Assembly (NCBI GenBank): GCA_963704725.1
Contig: OY969934.1
Span: 1,248,001-1,312,000 of the forward strand
DNA from: an uncultured Actinomycetes bacterium
GTDB taxonomy: Bacteria > Actinomycetota > UBA4738 > HRBIN12
Length of the DNA: 64,000 bases
Direction of reading: 5' to 3'
Shown: one piece after another, positions 29,808 through 40,097 of the stretch
Layout of the letters: every line of letters starts with the position of its first letter
How positions within the stretch are numbered: the first letter of the stretch is position 1
Position numbers and translations under genes: made by a program
Notes under the pieces: generated by a model
Databases searched by the model: none
The model's input: only the letters and a program-made list of their open reading frames with translations
Told to the model about the DNA's origin: nothing

Positions 29808-31157
29808 ATGGCCGAAGTGAGCGATATCGTCGGCATCGGACTGGCCGGTGGACAGGGGATCCGCGCCCGGCCGCTGACGCTCAAGGCTCCCGGCTACCTG
29901 CGATCCAAGGCCGCGATGTCGTTCCTCGGCCGCCGCCTGATCCGCTGGGTGATCCAGATCCTCACGAGCCAGGGGATCAAGGACTACTACGTCATCGCCC
30001 ACGGCAAGGAGAACCGGTACCAGATCAAGGTCATGATCGGGTACGGCGAGGGCTTCGGCGTCGACGTGAAGTACTCGCCCGTGAAGTACGACGCCCTGTC
30101 GATGGGCAGCGCCGACTCCACGCTGCGCATGCTCGATTACTGGGACATCTCCGCGCCGGCGCTGGTCTTCCCCACGGACTCGATCATCGACTTCGACCTG
30201 GCGCCGATGCTCGAGGCGCACCGGGCCAGGGGCTCGGTGGCCACGATCGCCGCGATGACGCGAGAGCCGGACGAGGTGGCCGAGAAGTACGGCGTGATGC
30301 TCGCCGGCGACGACGGAAGGATCATCGAGTTCGTCGAGAAGCCCACGCTCGCGGAGCTCCGCGAGCACTTCCACGCGGAGAGCGACGAGGAGTTCCGGCG
30401 GCTCCCCCTCATGACGAACGCCGGTTTCTACCTCGTGGACGCCGAGCGGCTCCGGGAGCTCTCCTCGCACCACGAGATCCAGCGGCTCCGCGACCGGCGC
30501 CTGGACTTCGGCAAGGACCTGCTGCCCTGGCTCGTGGGCAACGGCGAGGCCGTGCACGCCTTCCCGGTCCGAAGGATCGGCGACCTCGGCAGCGTCGGGG
30601 ACTACATCGAGACCATGGTCGACGTGCTGCACGGGCGGTTCGAGTCGGTCGACCGGCTCCTGGGCCCGCCCTTCGACCCAGACCGCCACGTCTGGATCGC
30701 GCCGGAGTCCCTGGCGATGCGCGACTCCACGAGCGGGCGGTCGCTCGCGGAGAAGATCGCCGAGGGGCAGGTGGAGATCGGGCCCGCCGTGCGCATCGGC
30801 CGCTTCTGCGAGATCCACCCGGGCGTGCGGATCGCCGAGTCGAACCTCGACGACGACATCGAGGTGCATCGCGAGGCCGTGATCGAGCGATCGCAGATCC
30901 GCGACGGCGCGATCGTCGGCGCGGCGGCGCACATCTCGGACACGGTGATCGGTTCCATGTCGGAGGTCCGGTCCGAACCGTTCCATCCGACGACGGTCGA
31001 GCGGATGGTCGCCCTCGGCGACGAGGTCGTTGTGTACCCGGGCGTCCATCTGTCCGACAACATCGCCGTGTACCCGCGGCTGAAGCTCCCCACGGGGATC
31101 AGGATCCCCGCCGGCACCGACGTGACCGGCCCGGCCGACGTGCTGCGCTACCTGTAG
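29808..31157 (+). CDS. NDP-sugar pyrophosphorylase family nucleotidyltransferase with C-terminal left-handed beta-helix
   Basis: LAGGQGIRARPLT, FVEKP, NAGFY, DFGKDLLP, hexapeptide-like tail. Confidence 0.85.
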   Translation: MAEVSDIVGIGLAGGQGIRARPLTLKAPGYLRSKAAMSFLGRRLIRWVIQILTSQGIKDYYVIAHGKENRYQIKVMIGYGEGFGVDVKYSPVKYDALSMGSADSTLRMLDYWDISAPALVFPTDSIIDFDLAPMLEAHRARGSVATIAAMTREPDEVAEKYGVMLAGDDGRIIEFVEKPTLAELREHFHAESDEEFRRLPLMTNAGFYLVDAERLRELSSHHEIQRLRDRRLDFGKDLLPWLVGNGEAVHAFPVRRIGDLGSVGDYIETMVDVLHGRFESVDRLLGPPFDPDRHVWIAPESLAMRDSTSGRSLAEKIAEGQVEIGPAVRIGRFCEIHPGVRIAESNLDDDIEVHREAVIERSQIRDGAIVGAAAHISDTVIGSMSEVRSEPFHPTTVERMVALGDEVVVYPGVHLSDNIAVYPRLKLPTGIRIPAGTDVTGPADVLRYL

Positions 31158-32165
31158 ATGCGCGTCGGCCTCGCCCTGCCCCACTACGACTTCTCGCTGC
31201 CCGGCGGGGGGCCGATCACCTTCGCCGCGCTCGCCGAGCAGGCGGTCCGCGCCGAGCGGCTGGGGTTCGACTCCGTGTGGGTCTCGGACCACTTCTTCGC
31301 GTCGCTCGACCGGTACGGGGGGGACGCGACCAGATACGGCTCGCCGGAGCCGCTGACGACGCTCGCGGCGCTCGCCCCGCTCACCGATCGGGTGCGCCTG
31401 GGGACGCTCGTCCTGTCGGCCGGCTTCCGGCATCCCGCGGTGGTGGCCAAGTCCGCGTCGGCCGTCGACCGGTTGTCGGGCGGCCGGCTCGAGCTCGGCC
31501 TCGGCGCGGGGTGGTTCGCCGACGAGTACGAGGCGTTCGGGTACGGCTTCGATCCCGTGGGGCGGCGGTTCGACCTGCTGGAGGAGACGCTGGCGTACCT
31601 CGGCGCGCTGTTCGATGGGGAGCCGGCCACGTTCTCGAGCTCGCGGTTCGCGCTGCAGGACGCGTACCTCCGGCCCCGGCCGGTCCAGGAGCCCCGCCCG
31701 CCGGTCCTGGTGGGCGGGAAGGGAGGGCCCCGCCTGCTCCGCCTCGCGGCGCGACTGGCCGACGGGTGGAACGCCGCCTGGCGGTGGACGCCGGCCACGT
31801 ACGGCGCGCGGGCGCGAGCCGCGACCCAGGCCTGCGAGCGGGTGGGTCGCGACCCGGGGACCTTCCGGCTGTCGCTCGGTCTGTTCACGGTGGTGGGGGA
31901 GGACGAGGCCGACGTGGCCCGGCGGTACGAGCGCATGGCCGGCCGCCTGCCCCCCGGCGTCGGCCGCGCGCTCGCGCTCGATACCCTCCGGGCCGAGTGC
32001 CTGGCCGGGACGCCGGAGCGGATCGTGGACCGCGCGGCGGCGTTCGCCGAGCTCGGCGTGACCGAGCTCGTGATCTCGCCGGCGCCGGTGTGGTTCGCCA
32101 TGCCCGATCCCTCGATGCTCGACCTGCTCGCGGAGGCCGTCCTCCCGGGGCTGCGAGGGCTCTGA
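31158..32165 (+). CDS. LLM-class flavin/F420-dependent oxidoreductase
   Basis: AERLGFDSVWVSDHF, DRLSGGRLELGLGAGW, ADGWN. Confidence 0.9.
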   Translation: MRVGLALPHYDFSLPGGGPITFAALAEQAVRAERLGFDSVWVSDHFFASLDRYGGDATRYGSPEPLTTLAALAPLTDRVRLGTLVLSAGFRHPAVVAKSASAVDRLSGGRLELGLGAGWFADEYEAFGYGFDPVGRRFDLLEETLAYLGALFDGEPATFSSSRFALQDAYLRPRPVQEPRPPVLVGGKGGPRLLRLAARLADGWNAAWRWTPATYGARARAATQACERVGRDPGTFRLSLGLFTVVGEDEADVARRYERMAGRLPPGVGRALALDTLRAECLAGTPERIVDRAAAFAELGVTELVISPAPVWFAMPDPSMLDLLAEAVLPGLRGL

Positions 32166-32374
32166 TGGAGTCGCTCGAGGCCGCGCTCGCCGTGCTGCGG
32201 GAGGAGGGCGGGGCCCTGCACTGGACGAAGATCCAAGATCTCGCGCTCCGCCGGGGATACCTGGACCCGTTCGTGCAGTCCGATGTCCGGAAGGCGCTGC
32301 TCGCGGCGCTCGCCGAGGGCGTCCGGTCGGGCGCGCTCGTCCGGGAGTCGACCGGCGTCTACCGGGTGCCGTGA
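32165..32374 (+). CDS. stand-alone winged-helix protein (HARE-HTH-like)
   Basis: LEAALAVLREEGGALHWTKIQDLAL..G...LVRESTGVY; TGATG overlap. Confidence 0.6.
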   Translation: MESLEAALAVLREEGGALHWTKIQDLALRRGYLDPFVQSDVRKALLAALAEGVRSGALVRESTGVYRVP

Positions 32375-32394
32375 GCCTGGGGGCGCCCCCGACG

Positions 32395-33387
32395 TCAGCG
32401 CCGGTACGAAACGCCCGCGTACGCCTCGAGCTTGGCGAAGCTGTGCTCGGCCTCGACGTAGCGGACCGTGCCCGAGCGCGCCCGCATCACCATGGAGTGC
32501 GTCGTGGCGCCGTCCTCGGCGTAGCGCACGCCCCGCAGCAGCGATCCGTCGGTGATCCCGGTCGCGGCGAAGAACACGTCGCTCCCGCTCACGAGGTCGT
32601 CGATCGACAGGACCCGCTCGACGTCGTACCCGTCCTCGACGAGGCGAGCGCGCTCCTCGTCGGTGCGGGGGAAGAGCCGCCCCTGGATCGCCCCGCCGAG
32701 GCACTTCAACGCGGCCGCGGTGATCACGCCCTCGGGCGTGCCGCCGATCCCCAGCAGGAGGTCGATCCCCGAGCGGCGCGTCGTGGCGGCGGCGATCGCA
32801 CCGGCCACGTCGCCGTCGGTGATGAGGAAGACGCGCGCGCCGACCTCGCGGACGGCGGCGATCAGCTCCGTGTGGCGCTCGCGGTCGAGGATCATGACGC
32901 CGATCTCCTCGGGGCGGACGCCCTTCGCCTTCGCCACCAGCCGCACGTTCTCCTCCGGCGGCGCGGTGACGTCGATCGCGTCGGCGGCCTCGGGGCCCGT
33001 CGCCACCTTCTCCATGTAGACGGCCGCGCCCGGGAAGAACATCGAGCCGCGCGCGGCGAGCGCGATGACGGCGAGGGCGTTCGGCTGCCCGAAGGCGGTC
33101 AGGCGCGTGCCGTCGATGGGGTCGACCGCGACGTCGCACGCGGAGCCCTGCCCGTTGCCGACGGACTCCCCGTTGTAGAGCATCGGCGCCTCGTCCTTCT
33201 CGCCCTCGCCGATCACGACGACGCCGTCCATCGAGACGCTGTCGATCATGAGCCGCATCGCGTCGACGGCGGCCTGGTCGGCCGAGATCTTGTCGCCGCG
33301 GCCGACCCATCGGCCGGCCGCGAGGGCGGCCGCCTCGGTGACCCGGACGAGCTCCATCGCCAGGTTGCGATCGGGGCGCTCGGTCAT
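32395..33387 (-). CDS. glpX: fructose-1,6-bisphosphatase class II
   Basis: [35 protein letters not shown]. Confidence 0.96.
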   Translation of the reverse strand: MTERPDRNLAMELVRVTEAAALAAGRWVGRGDKISADQAAVDAMRLMIDSVSMDGVVVIGEGEKDEAPMLYNGESVGNGQGSACDVAVDPIDGTRLTAFGQPNALAVIALAARGSMFFPGAAVYMEKVATGPEAADAIDVTAPPEENVRLVAKAKGVRPEEIGVMILDRERHTELIAAVREVGARVFLITDGDVAGAIAAATTRRSGIDLLLGIGGTPEGVITAAALKCLGGAIQGRLFPRTDEERARLVEDGYDVERVLSIDDLVSGSDVFFAATGITDGSLLRGVRYAEDGATTHSMVMRARSGTVRYVEAEHSFAKLEAYAGVSYRR

Positions 33388-33424
33388 GTCGGAACCTCCT
33401 CCGGCCGGTGCTGGCCGCGCCATC

Positions 33425-34444
33425 CTACGTTCCGCGCTCGGCCCGGCGCGCGTCGCGAGGCCGCACCAGCCCCCGCTCGGCGTACCAGCTGAGCGTGCGC
33501 TCGAGGGTCTCGGCGACCGGCGTGTAACGCAGGCCGAGCTCGCGCTCCGCCCGGGAGCCGTCGTACCGGTGGCCGTGCAGGAGCGTTCGGACGGCCTCGC
33601 GGCAGACCGGGACGTCCCGGTGGGTGAGCCGGCCGAATCCCTCGACCGCGGCCCCGCCCGCGATCGCCAGCGACGGCGGGACCCACCGGACCCGTCGGGG
33701 GCGGCCCCACAGCCGGCGCAGGAGCGTCACCGCCTCCGCCGTCGAGAGCGTGGCGCCGTTCAACAGGTATCGCTGCCCGGCCTCGCCGCGGGTCTCGGCC
33801 AGCGCGTGCCCGGCCGCGCAGTCGGCGATGTCGACGAGCGAGATGGTGGTGGCGATCAGCACCGGCAGGCGCCCGTTCACGAGGTCGAGCAGGAGCCGCG
33901 CCGATCCCGTGGTCCGGCCGGGCCCCTGGACCGAGGACGGGTTCACGCAGACGACGTCGATGCCGAGCTCGGCCCCGAGCTCCAGAACGGTCCGTTCCGC
34001 GAGGTGCTTCGAGCGCTCGTACGCCGAGAGGTACGACCCGCGATGCGCGGAGTCCTCGCGCCCGGTCGTGCCGGCGGCCTCGCCGATCGCGGCGGCGGAG
34101 GACGTGTGAACGACGCGCGCCACGCCCGCGGCGGCCGCGGCGCGCACGACGTTGGCCGAGCCCTCGACGTTGGCGCGGATCATGGGCCGAGGATCGCGGC
34201 GGCACATCGCGTTCACCCCCGCGACGTGGAACACGGTGGTGCACCCGCGCGCCGCAGCGTCGAGGGAGGCGCGGTCGAGGACGTCGCCTCGAACCGGCTG
34301 CGCCCCCGCGGCGCGGACCGACTCCGCCCCCGCGTCGCTGCGCGCGAGGGCCCGCACCGCGCGGCCCTCGGCCACCAGGCGCTCCAGGACCGCCCGCCCG
34401 ACGAGCCCGGTTCCACCGGTGAGCAGGACGGGATCGGCGGGCAC
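33425..34444 (-). CDS. NAD-dependent epimerase/dehydratase (HpnA/dihydroflavonol reductase-like)
   Basis: [27 protein letters not shown]. Confidence 0.88.
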   Translation of the reverse strand: MPADPVLLTGGTGLVGRAVLERLVAEGRAVRALARSDAGAESVRAAGAQPVRGDVLDRASLDAAARGCTTVFHVAGVNAMCRRDPRPMIRANVEGSANVVRAAAAAGVARVVHTSSAAAIGEAAGTTGREDSAHRGSYLSAYERSKHLAERTVLELGAELGIDVVCVNPSSVQGPGRTTGSARLLLDLVNGRLPVLIATTISLVDIADCAAGHALAETRGEAGQRYLLNGATLSTAEAVTLLRRLWGRPRRVRWVPPSLAIAGGAAVEGFGRLTHRDVPVCREAVRTLLHGHRYDGSRAERELGLRYTPVAETLERTLSWYAERGLVRPRDARRAERGT

Positions 34445-34448
34445 GGCC

Positions 34449-35021
34449 CTACCGCTCGACGGTGATGGCGCTCCGCAGGCGCACGAGGTACTCGACCGCC
34501 GAGAGCACCGTGATCGCCGCCGCCAGGATCATGACCCACTCGTCCAGGAACATCGGTCCGAGCTCGTCGCCGGGGCGCAGGATGGCCAGGAAGATCGCGA
34601 CGAACTGCACGTTCGCCTTGGCCTTGCCCAGCACCGACGGCTTCACGAGGTCGCCGCCTGCGGCCGCCGCCCCCTTGAGACCCATGATCAGCAGCTCCCG
34701 CCCCACGATGATCACCGCCACCCAGGGCGAGGCCCGGTCGACGGCGACGAGGGCGATCAGCGCACCGGAGACGAGCAGCTTGTCGGCCGTCGTGTCCAGG
34801 AAGTTGCCGAACGCCGAGGCCTGCGCCCACCGCCGGGCCAGGAAGCCGTCGAAGAAATCGGTGACGGCGGCGAGCGCGAACAGGGCGCTGGCCACGCCGA
34901 ACGCGGAGCGGTGCTCCGGTCCCGCCAGGACCAGAGCCATGATCACCGGCAGCAGGACGACGCGCAGCCACGTCACGAACTTCAGGAACACAGCGGCGCG
35001 AAGGTCGGCGGAGGTCGTCAC
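34449..35021 (-). CDS. pgsA: CDP-alcohol phosphatidyltransferase (PgsA-like)
   Basis: TDFFDGFLARR...FGNFLDTTADK. Confidence 0.8.
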   Translation of the reverse strand: MTTSADLRAAVFLKFVTWLRVVLLPVIMALVLAGPEHRSAFGVASALFALAAVTDFFDGFLARRWAQASAFGNFLDTTADKLLVSGALIALVAVDRASPWVAVIIVGRELLIMGLKGAAAAGGDLVKPSVLGKAKANVQFVAIFLAILRPGDELGPMFLDEWVMILAAAITVLSAVEYLVRLRSAITVER

Positions 35022-35067
35022 GAGGGCCCGGGCCGCATCGTACCGGTTCGCCTTGGCGATGTGAGCC

Positions 35068-37548
35068 TCAATCGGGCACGGTCCGGTTCACGAGCTCCCG
35101 GACCTCGGCCCCTGAGGCGAGGGACAGGGCTTCGCGGGCCAGGTCCCGGGCGGCGGCCAGGTCGGTGCCGCGCACCGCGCGCTTGACGTGCGGGATGGCG
35201 GGCGCGCTCATCGAGAGCTCGCGCACGCCGAGTCCCAGCAGCAGCGCCGTGGCGTACGGGTCGCCGGCGAGCTCGCCGCACACGCCGGTCCATCGTCCGT
35301 GTGCGGCCCCCGCGTCCGCCGTCCGTGCGATCAGCGCGAGGACGGCCGGGTGCAGCGGGTCGGCCAGCGCCGCGACCCGGTCGTTGCCGCGCTCGGCGGC
35401 GAGCGTGTACTGCGTGAGGTCGTTCGTCCCGATCGAGAAGAAGTCCGCCTCCACCGCCAGGCGATCGGCGATCAGGGCCGCCGAGGGCACCTCGATCATC
35501 ACGCCGATCTGGACGCGCTCCGGGACCCCGCCGATCGCCGCCCCAGCCCGCTCGACCGCGTCCCGGCCCCGGCGGAGCTCGTCGAGCGTGGCGACCATGG
35601 GGAACATCACCCGGATCGGGTGGTCGGCCGCGACGCGGAGCAGGGCGCGCAGCTGCGCTTCGAGGAGCTCGGGCCGCTCGAGCCCGAGCCGGAGACCTCG
35701 CACGCCGAGGTAGGGGTTGGCCTCCTCGGCCTGCGCGAGGTAGGGAAGGGGCTTGTCCGCCCCGGCGTCGAGCGTCCGCACGACCATGGGGCGGCCCTGG
35801 AGCGCCTCGGCGGCGGCGCGGTACGCGGCCTCCTGCTCGTCCTCGCCCGGCATCGCCTCGCGCGACATGAACAGGAACTCCGTCCGGAACAGCCCGACCC
35901 CGTCGCAGCCGGCCGCCACGGCCGCGGCCACGTCCCCCGGCGTTCCGACGTTCGCGGCGACCTCGACCGTGGCCCCGTCGCGCGTCGTGGCCGGCGCGTG
36001 CGACTCGGCCCGGGCCGACCGATCGGCCTCCGCCGCCGCGAGCCGCCGCGCCCGGTATCGCGCCCGGACGTCCTCGGTCGGGTCGATCGCGAGCAGGCCC
36101 CGGTCGCCGTCGAGCGCGAGCGGGGTGCCCTCCGCCACGTCCAGGACCTCGGTTCCCAGCCCGACGACCGCAGGGATCCCCAGGGACCGGGCGAGCACCG
36201 CCGCGTGGGACGTGGGCCCGCCGAACGCGGTCGCCACCCCCAACGCGGTCTCCGGGTCGAGGGCCGCCGCTTCGGCCGGGACGAGGTCGGCGGCCACCAG
36301 GATGCCGGGCTCGGCGAGCGCCGGTCGGGGCACCTCCAGGCCGAGGATCCTCGCGAGCACCTGCGTCCCGACGCTCCGCAGGTCGGCCGCCCTCGCCCGC
36401 TGGTACTCGTCGTCGATCGCCTCCCACTCCCGGACCTCCCCGTCGATCGCGTCGCGCCAGGCCTTGGCGGCCGGCTCCCCGGCGTCGATCGCGGCGATCG
36501 CCGGCCCCACGAGCGCCTCGTCGTCGAGGAACAGCAGGTGCGCGTCGAAGATCGCGGCCCGGTAGGCGCCCGCCCGCCCCGCCACCGACCGCCGCTGCGC
36601 CTCGACGTCCCGCCGCGTCGCCTCGATGGCCGCCTCGAACGCGCCCCGCTCGAGCTCGGGACCCCGCCCCGGATCGTCCGGGACCTCGAGCTCCGGCGTC
36701 CGGAACCGCCGGGCCGGCCCGACGGCGACGCCTGGGGAGGCGGGGAGGCCGGTCATGGCGCCGTCGGCGGCGGGTGCGACCGTGGCCGCTGAGGGCGCCG
36801 GCTCCTCGTCCGTCTCCTCGTCGAAGTCGCGCTCGGCCAGGGCGCGCAGGGCCTCGATCGCGTCGCGGGCCCGGACTCCCGTCGCCGAGACCACGATGCG
36901 GTCCCCGCGTCCGACGCCGAGCGTCGCCACCGCGTTCAGGCTCCGGGCCGAGACCGGTCCGCGGCCGGACGAGGCGTTGGAGACCCGGACGTCGGCGTCG
37001 AAAGCCGCGGCGGTCCGCACGAGCTGGGCGGCCGGCCTCGCGTGCAGCCCGTGGGCCGTCCGGACGAGGAGCTCGGCGGTGGCGCTCCCCCCCGCGTCGT
37101 CACCCGCCGGCGCGGCGGGTGACGGCGGCTCGGGTTCGGGGCTTCCCAGGTGCGCGGCCTTGGCCGCCAGGGCGCCGCGGGCCTCCGTGGCGACGTCGTC
37201 GATCGACGCTCCGATCCGGGCCGTCACGGCCGCCGCGACCGCGCCCTCCACGAAGGGCGCCGCGATCAGCATGACGCGATCGCGGCGCTCCGGCGGAAGG
37301 AAGTCGAGCGCCATCTCCGTCGACAGGACGGCGCTGCCGAGATCCATCAGCACCAGGACCCCGTCCTCGGACCAGGCGCGCTCGATGGCCTGCTGGACGA
37401 GCATCGCGTCGGTGCCGATCGCGTGGTCGGGCCCGTCGAGACCGCCGGCGGTCTCGATCCGAAGGTCCTCGCCACCCATCTGGCGAGCCAGCTCGGCGGT
37501 GCCCTCGGCGATCCGGTGGCTGTGCGAGACGAGGACGATGCCGATCAT
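35068..37548 (-). CDS. dhaM: multidomain PTS protein: DhaM(EIIA)-HPr-full Enzyme I fusion
   Basis: IVLVSHS and DLGSA (DhaM); GLHARPAA (HPr); TSHAAVLARSLGIP, GLFRTEF, IGTNDLTQY, GVCGE (EI). Confidence 0.9.
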   Translation of the reverse strand: MIGIVLVSHSHRIAEGTAELARQMGGEDLRIETAGGLDGPDHAIGTDAMLVQQAIERAWSEDGVLVLMDLGSAVLSTEMALDFLPPERRDRVMLIAAPFVEGAVAAAVTARIGASIDDVATEARGALAAKAAHLGSPEPEPPSPAAPAGDDAGGSATAELLVRTAHGLHARPAAQLVRTAAAFDADVRVSNASSGRGPVSARSLNAVATLGVGRGDRIVVSATGVRARDAIEALRALAERDFDEETDEEPAPSAATVAPAADGAMTGLPASPGVAVGPARRFRTPELEVPDDPGRGPELERGAFEAAIEATRRDVEAQRRSVAGRAGAYRAAIFDAHLLFLDDEALVGPAIAAIDAGEPAAKAWRDAIDGEVREWEAIDDEYQRARAADLRSVGTQVLARILGLEVPRPALAEPGILVAADLVPAEAAALDPETALGVATAFGGPTSHAAVLARSLGIPAVVGLGTEVLDVAEGTPLALDGDRGLLAIDPTEDVRARYRARRLAAAEADRSARAESHAPATTRDGATVEVAANVGTPGDVAAAVAAGCDGVGLFRTEFLFMSREAMPGEDEQEAAYRAAAEALQGRPMVVRTLDAGADKPLPYLAQAEEANPYLGVRGLRLGLERPELLEAQLRALLRVAADHPIRVMFPMVATLDELRRGRDAVERAGAAIGGVPERVQIGVMIEVPSAALIADRLAVEADFFSIGTNDLTQYTLAAERGNDRVAALADPLHPAVLALIARTADAGAAHGRWTGVCGELAGDPYATALLLGLGVRELSMSAPAIPHVKRAVRGTDLAAARDLAREALSLASGAEVRELVNRTVPD

Positions 37549-37593
37549 CGGCGGGTCATCGCCCTTCTGGCACGGGCTCGGGGCGGCGGCCGC

Positions 37594-38832
37594 TCACCCG
37601 TCCAGGCCGTACGCCCGGTACAGGACCTCGATCGGATGGACCGATGGCACGCCGGTCGCCTTGGCGATCTGCCAGCGACACGTCTCGCTGTCGCAGGCCG
37701 CGAGGTCCGGGCCGGCGTCCCGGACGTGCCGGAACAGCGGTTCGCCGACGGCCATCGCGATGTCGTACTTCTCCGCCTTCAGCCCGTAGGTCCCGGCGAT
37801 CCCGCAGCAGGCCACGTCGCTTTCGTCCACCTTCAGCTCGGGGATGAGGGCGAACAGCTCGAGCGCCGGCTTGCCCATCCAGTGCCCGGCCTGCTGGCAC
37901 GGCGCGTGGTAGGGGACGGTGATCGGCAGCGGCCGGAAGTCGGTCCGCAGCGCGCCCCGTTCGTGGAGGTTCACCAGGAACTCGCAGATGTCGTAGGTGT
38001 GCGACGACACGATCTGCAGGTCCTCGTCGCCCTCGAGGTCCAGCATCTCCATGGCCTCGCGCTTCAGCATGAGGCCGCAGCTGGTCGACGTGGCAACGAT
38101 GTCGTAGCCCCGACGGGCGTAGGGGACGAGGGCCCCCGCCAGCCGCTTCACGTACCGGCGGGCGTCGTCCAGCAGGCCGTTGGACTGCAACGGCAGCCCG
38201 CAGCAGTCCTGCTTCGGCACGAGCACCCGGATCCCGTTGTGCTCGAGGACGGCGACCGTCATCTCGCCCAGCCGGGGCTCGTAGTAGTTGGTGCTGCAGC
38301 CGTGGAAGTACACGACCGCGCCGGTCGCGGCGGCCGGCGGCTGGTGCCGGCGCGCCCAGGCCCGGAACGTCCGCCCGGCGAACCTGGGCATCGGCGCGGC
38401 GCGGTGGATCCGCATGGTGCGTTCGAGGAGCCGCCGGAACGTTCGGTTGGCGAGGAACCAATTGGCGATCGGCGCGACCGGGGTGCCGAGCTTCCCGGTC
38501 AGGCCCGAGCGGGCGATGACCTTGTCCCGCATGGGAACGCCCCGCTCGATCTTCATGGCGGCGCGGGCGTGCGCGTTGATCTCGGCGATCTTCACGCCCT
38601 GGGGGCAGACGGTCGTGCAGATGCCGCAGCCCGAGCAGTAGTCGAGCGAGCTGTCGGGCGTCCCCTCGTGCGTCCGGAAGCGCTCGGCCTGGGGGCCGAC
38701 GTACTTCGGCCCGGGGAACAGCGGAGTGACGTTCGACACAGGACAGAACGTCTCGCAGATCGTGCACTTCACGCAGTGGTCGAGGGAGCCCCGGACCCAC
38801 TCCATCTTGTCCCCGCCCACCCGGGTCTCCAT
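37594..38832 (-). CDS. glpC: anaerobic glycerol-3-phosphate dehydrogenase subunit C
   Basis: Two CxxCxxCxxxCP clusters, FPGPKYVGP, CCG domains. Confidence 0.93.
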   Translation of the reverse strand: METRVGGDKMEWVRGSLDHCVKCTICETFCPVSNVTPLFPGPKYVGPQAERFRTHEGTPDSSLDYCSGCGICTTVCPQGVKIAEINAHARAAMKIERGVPMRDKVIARSGLTGKLGTPVAPIANWFLANRTFRRLLERTMRIHRAAPMPRFAGRTFRAWARRHQPPAAATGAVVYFHGCSTNYYEPRLGEMTVAVLEHNGIRVLVPKQDCCGLPLQSNGLLDDARRYVKRLAGALVPYARRGYDIVATSTSCGLMLKREAMEMLDLEGDEDLQIVSSHTYDICEFLVNLHERGALRTDFRPLPITVPYHAPCQQAGHWMGKPALELFALIPELKVDESDVACCGIAGTYGLKAEKYDIAMAVGEPLFRHVRDAGPDLAACDSETCRWQIAKATGVPSVHPIEVLYRAYGLDG

Positions 38833-40097
38833 CACGACGCTCCCTCCAGGATCTCCGATGCCGCCGCGTAGCCGGTGGCCAGGGCGAGGCCGTTGCCCGA
38901 CTGCTCCCGCCACGGCTCCGCCCCGCCGATCACGGCGCCGGCAGCGAAGAGGTTGGCGAAGGCGGGTCGGCCCTCTGCGCCGATCGGCCGGAGGTGCTCG
39001 TCCACCGCGACGCCGGCCCTCGCCATGGGGTGATCGTCGAAGTACCCGGGCAGGAACCTCGGCGCGTCGACCGCAGGGACGCCGGCCACGGGGAGCCCGA
39101 GCACCGTCTCGTGGACCTCGCCGTAGGAGTCGAGGAGGATCGCGCCCGAGGCGAATCCGCCCGAGGCCAGGACGAAGGAGCGAGCCTCGTACCGCTCGGT
39201 CCGGTTGGCGGCGGCCCGGACCTGAACCGCGCTCATGGCGCCGTCGACCCCGGGCTCGGCGCCGATCGCCGCCGGGCCGATCAATAGACGGCCGCCGGCC
39301 CGGCGAAACGCCGCCCGGAGCGCCCGGAACAGCCGGATGCCCGACACCGACGGCGGCAGCGCCGGGACCTCGAACACGGGCCGCTCGAGCTGGTCCTCGA
39401 GCTCCCGCCGAACCTCCTCATGGCGATCGAGCCCGAGCACGGAGGGGAACCCCACCGACTCGCCCACCTCGAGAAGGGGCAGGAGCTCGCGCGCCACGGC
39501 CCGGCGGAACTCCGGCTCCTCGAACAGCCTCGCGTAGCCCAGGGGGTTCACGTCCGGTTCGGACCCGGGATCGGAGAGCGCGACGCCGCGGGCCTGTACC
39601 GTCGCGCCCGAGGGGAGCTTGGCCTGGTGGAGGTTCTCCGCCAGGTAGGCCGGATAGAAGTCCTTGAGGGCTCGGAGGCCGACGAAGACGAACCGCCCGC
39701 CGGCGCGCAGGTCGCCGGCGGCCATCGCGGCCGGCACGAGCGCGGTCGGCTTGGCCACGCCCACCGCCGTCGGCACGAGCAGGTTCTCGTCGAGGGACCC
39801 GGTGTACCCGAGATCCGGCACGTGCTCGCGGAGCCACGACAGGCTCGCGGCGACGGTCTCCACCGGCACGCGGGCATAGGGGTGCCCGGGATGCTCCGCT
39901 GCGAATGCGGGCAGCTCGCGGGCCGGGCTCTCGACGGGATCGGGGGCGTAGCCGAGGACGTCGATCGTGGCGGGCGCGAGGTGCGTGGCTCCCACGCCCT
40001 GCGCGACGATCGTCGTGCGGAGGCCGCCCTCGGCCAGGCGGGTCCCCGCCACGAGCCCGGACAGCCCGGCTCCGATGACCACAGCGTCGGGGCTCAC
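38832..40097 (-). CDS. glpB: anaerobic glycerol-3-phosphate dehydrogenase subunit B
   Basis: VIGAGLSGL, EVPALPPSVSGIRL, SGNGLALATG; lies between glpA and glpC. Confidence 0.9.
   Translation of the reverse strand: MSPDAVVIGAGLSGLVAGTRLAEGGLRTTIVAQGVGATHLAPATIDVLGYAPDPVESPARELPAFAAEHPGHPYARVPVETVAASLSWLREHVPDLGYTGSLDENLLVPTAVGVAKPTALVPAAMAAGDLRAGGRFVFVGLRALKDFYPAYLAENLHQAKLPSGATVQARGVALSDPGSEPDVNPLGYARLFEEPEFRRAVARELLPLLEVGESVGFPSVLGLDRHEEVRRELEDQLERPVFEVPALPPSVSGIRLFRALRAAFRRAGGRLLIGPAAIGAEPGVDGAMSAVQVRAAANRTERYEARSFVLASGGFASGAILLDSYGEVHETVLGLPVAGVPAVDAPRFLPGYFDDHPMARAGVAVDEHLRPIGAEGRPAFANLFAAGAVIGGAEPWREQSGNGLALATGYAAASEILEGAS

Noticed and set aside
33425-34444. HpnA-like gene as evidence of a hopanoid cluster
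   Set aside because: No shc or hpnCDE in the window; the SDR fold is not specific
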